In this document: piece by piece, positions 26,204 through 34,545 of the stretch
How the letters are laid out: every line of letters starts with the position of its first letter
Numbering within the stretch: position 1 is the stretch's first letter
Source of the DNA: Sandaracinaceae bacterium
GTDB taxonomy: Bacteria; Myxococcota_A; Polyangia; Polyangiales; Sandaracinaceae
Reading direction: 5' to 3'
NCBI GenBank assembly: GCA_044220955.1
Contig: JBGAQA010000075.1
Span: 1-34,545 of the forward strand
Length of the DNA stretch: 34,545 nt
Notes under the pieces: generated by a model
What the model was told of the DNA's origin: nothing
Seen by the model: the letters and a program-made list of their open reading frames with translations, nothing else
Databases searched by the model: none
Translations under genes and position numbers: made by a program

Positions 26204-29137
26204 TCAGTTCCCGTTCGCGCGTGGGCGTGCGGACGGGCGCTGGCTCTTCCTGCCGGACGTCTCGAACGCCTCTTCGATGAGCTGCTTCTGCTCGAGCTTG
26301 TGTGCCTCCGGCGAGCCGGTCGCAGGGCTCGCGCTCTCGACGCGCGAGACGCAGCGGAGCGGGAAGCGGTGCTCGAGGATCGTCGGCAGCCGCGCGTTCA
26401 TGAAGTACCAGGCGCCGCTGTTCCAGGGCTCCTCCTGGCACCACACGAGATCGGTGCCCTCGGCATAGGCCGAGAACACCTCGCGCAGCTCGTCGGCGCG
26501 GAGCGGGTAGAGCTGCTCGAAGCGGACGATCGCGACGTCGTCGCGCCCCTCGGCCTTCCGCTTCGCGGCGAGCTCGTAGTAGAGCTTCCCCGAGCACGCG
26601 ATCACGCGCTTGGCCTTCTTCCCGACGACCTCGCGGTCCGGGATGATGCGCTGGAACTGCCCGTTCGCGAGGTCGTCGATCGTGCAGGCGGCGTCGTCCG
26701 AGCGGAAGAGGCTCTTGGGGGACATGACGACGAGCGGCTTGCGCCACTGACGCTTCACCTGACGGCGCAGCGCGTGGAAGATCTGCGCGGCGGTCGTGAG
26801 GTTGACCACCTGGATGTTGTCCTCCGCCGCCAGCGCCAGGAAGCGCTCCAGGCGCGCGCTCGAGTGCTCGGGTCCTCCTCCCTCGAAGCCGTGAGGGAGC
26901 AGCATCACGAGGCCGCTCAGCCGGTGCCACTTGTCCTCGGAGCTGACGATGAACTGGTCGATGATGACCTGCGCGCCGTTCGCGAAGTCGCCGAACTGCG
27001 CCTCCCAGATCACGAGGCCCTCGGGGCGGTCGAGCGAGTAGCCCCACTCGTAGCCGAGCACGCCCTGCTCGCTGAGCGCCGAGTCGTAGATGTCGATCGA
27101 GGCCTGCTTCCGGCCGAGCGCGGCCCCGACGTGGCGGAGCGGCATGTATCGCTCGCCCGTCTTGGAGTCGTGGACCACCGAGTGCCGGTGGCCGAACGTC
27201 CCTCGCTGCGAGTCCTGGCCGGTGAGCCGGATCGGATGATCCTCGAGCAGGATGGACGCGTAGGCGAGGTTCTCGGCGATGCCCCAGCGCATCGGCTTGC
27301 CCCCGGCCGCCGCGAGGTACTCCTTGCTGCGATCCTGGAGCTGGCGCATCGGCGAGTACCCGTCCGGGAAGCGCGCGAGCGCGCTCGCGAGATCCACCAG
27401 CGTGGCCCTCTCGACCTTCGTGTCGGCGTCGGACACGCCCGCCTCCGGACCGCCGAGGAATCCGGTCCACACGCCCGTGCCTGTCTCCGGCTCGTAGCGG
27501 TTCTTGGACTTCACCTGCTCGTGGGCGCGCACGAGGCGGCCTCTGCGATCGGCGAGCAAGGCGGCGACCTCGGCGTCCGTCGCGCGTCCGTCCGAGACGA
27601 GCTTCTTGGCGTAGATCGCCCGCGGCGTCTCCTTGGCGTCGATCCGCGCGTACATCTGCGGCTGCGTCATGTACGGGTTGTCGCCCTCGTTGTGGCCGTA
27701 CTTGCGGTAGCAGTAGAGGTCGATGCAGACGTCCTTCGCGTACTTCTGCCGGTACTCCGCGGCCAGGCGGGCGACGTGTGCGACGGCCTCCGCGTCGTCG
27801 CCGTTCACGTGGAACACCGGGCAGCGCAGCATCCGGATGAGGTCGGTGCAGTAGCGCGTGCTGCGCGCGTCCTCGACGAGCGTCGTGTAGCCGATCTGGT
27901 TGTTGATCACGACGTGGACGGTGCCGCCCGTCGTGTAGCCCTTGAGGTTGGCGAGGTTGATCGTCTCGGCGACGACGCCCTGCCCGATGAACGCGGCATC
28001 GCCGTGGATGAGGAGTGGGAGCACGCGCTTGCGCTCGCCCTCTGCTCCGCGACCCGCGGCGCGCCGGTCCTGCTTGGCGCGCGCGCGTCCCTCGACGACC
28101 GGGTTCACGAACTCGAGGTGGCTCGGGTTGAACGCGAGCGTGAGGTGCACCTTCTTCTCGACGCCCCCTGCGTCGACGAAGACACGATCGGTGGAGTACC
28201 CGAGGTGGTACTTCACGTCGCCCCGGCCCTTCATGCGCTCGGCCTCGCTGTCCTCGAAGATCGAGAGCAGGTCGATCGCGGGCAGCTCCATCACGTTCAC
28301 CAGGACGTTCAGCCGCCCCCGGTGCGCCATGCCGATGACGATCTCCTCGACGCCGAGCGACGCCGCGGTCTCCATCGCCATGTCGCAGAGCGGCACGGTC
28401 GCATCGCCACCCTCGAGGCTGAAGCGCTTGGCGCCCTTGTATGCGTTGTGGATGAAGGTCTCCCAGACCTCCGCCTCCGTGAGCTTGGCGAGGATCGCGT
28501 GCTGCTCCTCGCGCGTGAGCGAGGGGCGGTTCAGCGTCGACTCCATCTTCGTCTGGAGCCAGTCGCGCTCCTCGGGATCCTCGATCTGCGTGACCTCGAC
28601 GCCGATCGAGCGGGTGTACGTCTCGCGCAGGCGATGGGCGATCTCCTTCAGCGTGAGCTGCTGGGCCATCGCGTTGAATACGGTGCTGCCGTCGACGTCC
28701 GCGAGGCCGAAGCTCTCGAGCGAGATGTCGAAGGGGGGCTTGGCGAGCATGCCGAGCGGGTCGAGGTCCGCGAAGAGGTGCCCGCGCACGCGGTACGCGT
28801 TCACCATCGCCGAGACGCGCGCCTGCAGCTCCGTCGCGGTCTTCGTCTCGGGGCCCGGCGCGAACGAGCGGCGGTCGGACGGAGTGCCGAAGCCCGTCGG
28901 GGGCGCCGCAAGGCCGCTCACCGTCACGACGCCGCTGCTGGTCACGACGCCCGCGGAGCTGCCGTTGGACCCGGGCGCCCTCACCTGCCCGGCCGAGCTC
29001 TTGCGCGGCGGGACGAGATCCTCGTCGAGCGAGTCGAAGTAGCGCTGCCAGCTCTCCGGGACCGCCGCGGGGTTCTCGCGATACTTCAGATAGAGCTCTT
29101 CGACGAGACCCTGATTGACGCCGAAATCCTGGGACAT
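26204..29137 (-). CDS. sucA: 2-oxoglutarate dehydrogenase E1 component
   Basis: MSQDFGVNQGLVEELY, AYRVRGH, KRFSLEG, GMAHRGRLNVL, GDVKYHLG, NPSHLE, HGDAAF, NNQIG, WEAQFGDFANGAQ, LLPHGFEGGGPEHSSARLER. Start ATG 29137. Confidence 0.97.
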   Translation of the reverse strand: MSQDFGVNQGLVEELYLKYRENPAAVPESWQRYFDSLDEDLVPPRKSSAGQVRAPGSNGSSAGVVTSSGVVTVSGLAAPPTGFGTPSDRRSFAPGPETKTATELQARVSAMVNAYRVRGHLFADLDPLGMLAKPPFDISLESFGLADVDGSTVFNAMAQQLTLKEIAHRLRETYTRSIGVEVTQIEDPEERDWLQTKMESTLNRPSLTREEQHAILAKLTEAEVWETFIHNAYKGAKRFSLEGGDATVPLCDMAMETAASLGVEEIVIGMAHRGRLNVLVNVMELPAIDLLSIFEDSEAERMKGRGDVKYHLGYSTDRVFVDAGGVEKKVHLTLAFNPSHLEFVNPVVEGRARAKQDRRAAGRGAEGERKRVLPLLIHGDAAFIGQGVVAETINLANLKGYTTGGTVHVVINNQIGYTTLVEDARSTRYCTDLIRMLRCPVFHVNGDDAEAVAHVARLAAEYRQKYAKDVCIDLYCYRKYGHNEGDNPYMTQPQMYARIDAKETPRAIYAKKLVSDGRATDAEVAALLADRRGRLVRAHEQVKSKNRYEPETGTGVWTGFLGGPEAGVSDADTKVERATLVDLASALARFPDGYSPMRQLQDRSKEYLAAAGGKPMRWGIAENLAYASILLEDHPIRLTGQDSQRGTFGHRHSVVHDSKTGERYMPLRHVGAALGRKQASIDIYDSALSEQGVLGYEWGYSLDRPEGLVIWEAQFGDFANGAQVIIDQFIVSSEDKWHRLSGLVMLLPHGFEGGGPEHSSARLERFLALAAEDNIQVVNLTTAAQIFHALRRQVKRQWRKPLVVMSPKSLFRSDDAACTIDDLANGQFQRIIPDREVVGKKAKRVIACSGKLYYELAAKRKAEGRDDVAIVRFEQLYPLRADELREVFSAYAEGTDLVWCQEEPWNSGAWYFMNARLPTILEHRFPLRCVSRVESASPATGSPEAHKLEQKQLIEEAFETSGRKSQRPSARPRANGN

Positions 29138-29252
29138 CGTGTGGTTGCCTCGACTGCCGATGCGAAGGTCGAGCATCGTAGCCCGCGCCTCCGGGCGCTT
29201 CCACCAAACGCTTGCTTTTCGGCCCCTGGCCACGACTAGATCCGTGCCGACC

Positions 29253-30211
<959 letters not shown>

Positions 30212-30215
<4 letters not shown>

Positions 30216-31690
30216 AGCGCGCGCTGGCGCTCGGCACGGCGGCGGGCCTCTGCATCGGCCTGGCGGGCGCGCCGGAGGAGGCGTGGGCGCTCGCGTGGCT
30301 CGGGCCCGGACTGCTCTTGCTGGGGCTCGAGCGCTGGGACGGCGCGCTCGCTTCGCCCCGCGTGGCCCTGGCGTTGGGGATGGCGAGCGGCTTCGCGACG
30401 AACGCGTGGACCATGCGCTGGGCCGTCGGCCTCTTCGAGCGCTACGCGATGATGCCGTGGCCGCTCGCGCTCGCGCTCGCGACGCTGCTCTGGATCGCGC
30501 AGGCTGCCCCCTGGGGACTCGGGTGTCTGCTCGCCGCGGCCATCCGGCGGCGCACGTGGCTCTCGCTCCCGCTCGGGGTCCTCGTCGCGTCGTCGCTCGT
30601 GCCGATGATCTTTCCGTGGCGGCCGGGCGTCTCGCAGACGGGATCGCTCCACTTCGTGCAGTGCGCCGAGCTCGGTGGACCGCCGCTGGTGGACCTCTTC
30701 TTCCTGCTCGGGGCGTGCGCCGCCACGCAGGCGCTCCGCGCGCGGGATCGTGCGGCCGCGGCCGTCGCCCTCGTCTGCGTCGGCCTCCCGCTCGCGTTCG
30801 GAGCGATCCGCATCCCCGCGGTGCGCGCAGAGCGCGAGCACGCGCCGCTCCTGCGCGTCGGCTTGATGCAGCACGGGCTCGGCATCGAGGAGCGCCTCGA
30901 CGCCACGCGCACGCTCACCGATCACCGCGCCATGCGAGCGGCGACCGCGGCCCTCGAGCGGGACGGCGCCGATCTCGTGCTCTGGCCCGAGTCCGCTTAC
31001 GGGTTCGGGTGGCCGCGGGAGGCGCGGGTCGATCCGCTCGGCGACGACGCGTTCTTCCGCGACGGCGTCCACGGCCCGCTGCTCGTCGGCGCGATCACCG
31101 GCACCTGGACCGACCGATGGAACTCGGTCCTCGCGCTCGAGGACGGTCGCGTCACGGGGATCGCCGACAAGGTCCACCTGATGACGTTCACCGAGGAGGT
31201 GCCGTTCTGGGACGCGCTCCCGCCGCTGCAGCAGATCGTCCCGCGCGGCCTCACGCCGGGCGACGTCGAGACCGACGTGCTCTCGGTCGCCGGGGCGCGC
31301 GTCGGGATCCTCAACTGCTTCGAGGATCTCGTGCCCGACCACACGCGAGAGCTCGCGGCGCTCGGCGCGGCGCTGCTGACGAACCACACCAACGACGCCT
31401 GGTTCGGCGACACGGAGGCGCCGCACCTGCATCGGTTTCTCTCCGTGATGCGCAGCGTCGAGACCCGGCGCGACCTCGTCCGCGTCGTCGGCACCGGGCC
31501 GAGCGGGCTCACCAGCGCGCTGGGCGAGCGCGACGAGGGCACGCCCACCTTCGAGCCAGCGTCGCGCGTGGTGCAGGCGCGGCTGCTCGAGGGCACGACG
31601 CCCTGGGTGCGCCTCGGCGACGTCGTCACGCTCCCGGCCCTCGCGCTGCTCGCCGCGCTGGCGCTCGCGCGCCGACGTGGACTAGCGTGA
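30212..31690 (+). CDS. lnt: Apolipoprotein N-acyltransferase
   Basis: N-terminal TM helices; nitrilase triad motifs LWPES, DKVHL, LNCFED; TNDAWFG; RSVETRR. ATGA overlap with the kinase. Confidence 0.9.
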
Positions 31691-31694
31691 CGCG

Positions 31695-32027
31695 ATGCCG
31701 GGTCCGACCGCGTGGATGCGTGCGGCGATGCTCGCGGTGATCGCGCTCGTCGCGCTCGGCAACGCGCTCGAGTGGGTGGACCCCGACCTCTGGATCCCCT
31801 TCGTCTGCATCATCGCGGTCATGGGCGTCGGAACGCACGGCGGCGTGCTCGACACGGTGCCCTTCGTGATCTTCGAGCTGCTCGTGGTGCTCGTGCTCGG
31901 CGTCGCGACCTTCTCGGGGTCGCGCGACTTCGTCTGGGCGGCGTCGGTCGCCGTCAGCGTGGTCGCCGTGGGGAAGATCGCCGTTCTGCGGATCGGCAGC
32001 GGCCCCGGCGGTGACACGAAGGCCTGA
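31695..32027 (+). CDS. Small integral membrane protein (about 4 TM), hypothetical
   Basis: Hydrophobic 110-aa ORF directly after lnt with host-like codon bias. Confidence 0.65.
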   Translation: MPGPTAWMRAAMLAVIALVALGNALEWVDPDLWIPFVCIIAVMGVGTHGGVLDTVPFVIFELLVVLVLGVATFSGSRDFVWAASVAVSVVAVGKIAVLRIGSGPGGDTKA

Positions 32028-32091
32028 AGTCCCGATGGCGGGGGCCGCGCATCCCCCCGCGCCGCGCGGAGGCGTCGACCGGAGCTCGGGC

Positions 32092-33774
32092 TCACGGAAA
32101 CGGGAAGACGATCTGGACCGCGCGGTGCTCGAGCGCGTCGATCGGGCGCGCGAGCTGCGCGTCCTGGTTCGGCCCCCAGCACCAGAGGGTCCCGTCGTGG
32201 CGCGTCGCGCACGCGTTCGAGTTGCCGACGAAGACGTGGTCGACGTCGTCGAGGATCGCGCCGCCCTCGCGCTGCACCTCCGCGCGGAGCGCGAGCCACG
32301 AGGTGCCCCCGCCGGGGACGCCGGCGAAGCCGTTGAAGTTGATGCCCCAGCAGAGCACGTGGCTCGTGGCGGCGACGACGCCACACGTCAGGTTCGCGCT
32401 GCCCTCGCTGGCGATCGACGAGAGCTCGGGCGCGCCGACCGGTGTCGCCGGGCGCGCGCGGCATACGTCACCGAGCCCGAGCAGATCCTCGCAGGGCTGG
32501 CCTGGCGCTCCGGCGACGTCGCCGAGCTGCGTCTGCTCGTTGCCGCCCCAGGTGAGCAGCACGGGCGCGCTTGCGCCCGCCGGCCACTGGAGCACCGCGC
32601 GCTGCGTGAGGCCGACGGCGAGCGCGGACACTCCCTCGAGCGGCATGCCGGCCGCCGTCTCGATCGTCGTCGGACCGACGTTGGGATCGGTCACGCCCGT
32701 CATCGACTCGATCGGCACGTGGCCCGCCTGGCCGTGGTCGTTCTCGCCCCAGCACACGACCCGCCCGTCGAAGAGCCGGGCGCACCCGCCGTAGGCCGCG
32801 ACGCCGATCTCCGCGACGCGCGCGATGCCGCCGGCCGGCGCGGTCGGCGTCCCGAAGAGCACGTCGTCCGCCATCGTCGGAGCGATCAGCCCGTCGTTGC
32901 GCCCGAAGCAGAGCACCGAGCCCGTGCTCGGATCGAGCGCACACGCGTGCGCGAAGGACGCGCTCAGGGCGATCGCGGAGCCGACGATCGGACGCAGCAG
33001 GTCGGTCGCCGCGAGCGGAGTCGTGGTGCTGAACGCTCCCGCCTCGTCGTAGCCCCAGCAGAGCACGTGACCGGCGTGGTCGGCGTTGGCCGCGCCCACG
33101 TGGACGCAGCTGAACCCGTCGCCGCACGCGAGGGAGTCGACGTCGCGCAGAGGCGTGCCGCCCGCGTCGACCACGAGGCCGGGCGTCGGCACCGCGACGT
33201 CCTCGCCGTGGCCGTTGCCGAGGCGCCCGCCGTGCTGCTGTCCCCAGCACCAGACACGCCCCAGGCAGTCGAGCGCGCAGGCCGAGCCCGCCCGCTGGAA
33301 GCACGCGCTCTTGATGGCACAGCCCCCGGGACCCGCGTCGACCTCGGCGTCGGGCGGCGCGGCGTCCCCGGCCGGCCCGGCATCGCTCGCGCCACGCGCG
33401 TCGAAGCAGAACATCGCGCCGCCCGAGGACGGGGCGCGGCACTCGCCGTCCGCGGGACAGTCGCTCGCGTCCGCGCAGCCCTGCTCGCAGCGGTCGCCGA
33501 CGCAGACCAGGCCGCCCGAGCACGCCCGGCCCACGCCGCTCTCGCAGCCGAGATCGAGATCGATGCCGCACGCGCCCGAGCCCGTCGCGTCGAGCAGGCA
33601 GCTCGCGCCGCTCGGGCAGTCCCGGTTGGCCGAGCACCCGGCGCGGCAGCGGCCGAACGCGCACGTCCCCGTCTGGCACTCGCTACCGCGACTGCACGTC
33701 GAGCCCACGCCCGCGCCGCTGCCCTGGCACGCCACGAGCGTCACGAGTGCGAGCAGCGGGGCGAGCCAGCGCAC
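32092..33774 (-). CDS. Lipoprotein with Cys-rich N-terminus, DAG linker and RCC1-like repeats
   Basis: Lipobox LVAC; repeated C...G.V.CWG.N..GQ.G motifs (GRVWCWG, VLCWG, GRVVCWGENDHGQAG, GTLWCWGPNQDAQL). Confidence 0.88.
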   Translation of the reverse strand: MRWLAPLLALVTLVACQGSGAGVGSTCSRGSECQTGTCAFGRCRAGCSANRDCPSGASCLLDATGSGACGIDLDLGCESGVGRACSGGLVCVGDRCEQGCADASDCPADGECRAPSSGGAMFCFDARGASDAGPAGDAAPPDAEVDAGPGGCAIKSACFQRAGSACALDCLGRVWCWGQQHGGRLGNGHGEDVAVPTPGLVVDAGGTPLRDVDSLACGDGFSCVHVGAANADHAGHVLCWGYDEAGAFSTTTPLAATDLLRPIVGSAIALSASFAHACALDPSTGSVLCFGRNDGLIAPTMADDVLFGTPTAPAGGIARVAEIGVAAYGGCARLFDGRVVCWGENDHGQAGHVPIESMTGVTDPNVGPTTIETAAGMPLEGVSALAVGLTQRAVLQWPAGASAPVLLTWGGNEQTQLGDVAGAPGQPCEDLLGLGDVCRARPATPVGAPELSSIASEGSANLTCGVVAATSHVLCWGINFNGFAGVPGGGTSWLALRAEVQREGGAILDDVDHVFVGNSNACATRHDGTLWCWGPNQDAQLARPIDALEHRAVQIVFPFP

Positions 33775-33783
33775 GTCGGGCCC

Positions 33784-34413
33784 CTATTCCTTCGAGGCCT
33801 GCCCGACGAACCAGTCCTCGCGGTCCCGGAAGAGCACGTTGAACGTGGTCAGCGAGCCGTAGCAGGCGGTGATGTACTGCTGGATCTGCACCTTCTCGTC
33901 GTCGGCGAGGCCCTTGCTTCCGTTCACCTTCTGCTCGAGCACGCGCAGCTTGTCCCGGAGCATCACGATCTTGTGGAAGAACGCCTCCACCGGGATCTCC
34001 TTGCTCGCCGTGCCATCCTTCCCGGGCTTGATCACGAGCTGACCGCCACGCCAGCGCTCGGCGAGCGAGACGTCGCCCACGCCCAGCTCCTCGCGGAGCA
34101 CGTCACGAAGCACCCTGCGGAATTCGTCGAGGTCCATGTCGAGATCGATCTCCTTGGGAAGCGGCGCGCGCGCCGGGACGTCGTCTTCGTGATCCTCGCG
34201 CATGCGCCGGGGCATGCCGGGGACGGCCTTGCGCTTGAGCGCGCCCTCGAACGAGGCGCCGCGCGGCTTGTGGTGCGTGCAGGTCGCCGTGTCCTTGAGC
34301 GGCGGCGGCCAGCACTTCAGCATGCACTCGCCCTCTTCGGACATGTCCTCCTTCTCGCGCAGGGCGATGAAGAAGGAGCAGGTTCCGCAGCGGCCCGTGA
34401 GGTCGCGGTCCAT
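33784..34413 (-). CDS. Conserved hypothetical protein with N-terminal Cys/His cluster and C-terminal helical domain
   Basis: CGTC...ECMLKCW...TCTHH; C-terminal FFHKIVMLRDKLRVLEQKVN...QQYITACYGSLTTFNVLF. Confidence 0.8.
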   Translation of the reverse strand: MDRDLTGRCGTCSFFIALREKEDMSEEGECMLKCWPPPLKDTATCTHHKPRGASFEGALKRKAVPGMPRRMREDHEDDVPARAPLPKEIDLDMDLDEFRRVLRDVLREELGVGDVSLAERWRGGQLVIKPGKDGTASKEIPVEAFFHKIVMLRDKLRVLEQKVNGSKGLADDEKVQIQQYITACYGSLTTFNVLFRDREDWFVGQASKE

Positions 34414-34435
34414 GTTCGGGCCGAATGGTGCCCCA

Positions 34436-34545
34436 TCACCCGAGGGGGAGCCACACGACCAGGAGCGCGCCCGGACCGGCCTCGAGCATCCGGGCCGCTC
34501 CCCCGTGGGCGTGCGCGAGCTCGCGGACGAGTGCGAGACCGAGAC
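34436..34545 (-). CDS. 3' end of a sensor histidine kinase (HATPase_c), partial
   Basis: Manual translation LGLALVRELAHAHGGAARMLEAGPGALLVVWLPLG-stop matches the G2 box and final strand. Not in the ORF track. Confidence 0.8.
   Translation of the reverse strand, partial: LGLALVRELAHAHGGAARMLEAGPGALLVVWLPLG

Overview
Very GC-rich bacterial DNA with a myxobacterial look (inferred from Cys-rich lipoproteins with DAG linkers, a Ser/Thr kinase fusion and a giant TPR protein). Left to right: (1) a truncated Ser/Thr kinase-ATPase fusion divergent from two Cys-rich lipoprotein genes; (2) a pentose-use cluster (RbsABC-like transporter, fucose/arabinose-isomerase family protein, FGGY pentulose kinase) interleaved with an AAA+/DUF4143-type ATPase behind a perfect 13-bp palindrome, a frameshifted ORF, a PaaI thioesterase and a nucleotidyltransferase with a small partner gene; (3) tRNA-Gly(GCC) and a ~5 kb islet bounded by a 46-bp direct repeat of the tRNA 3' half, with matching arm-like motifs at both ends, no integrase, and two cargo genes (trypsin/TSP3 lipoprotein and a second lipoprotein); (4) a 2613-aa TPR protein, a hexamer microsatellite, sucA, a DAG-kinase family gene, lnt, an RCC1-repeat lipoprotein, a conserved hypothetical gene and the 3' end of a histidine kinase. 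The integrase-less tRNA-Gly islet is the best candidate for an undescribed system. All calls come from reading motifs by eye; no searches were run.
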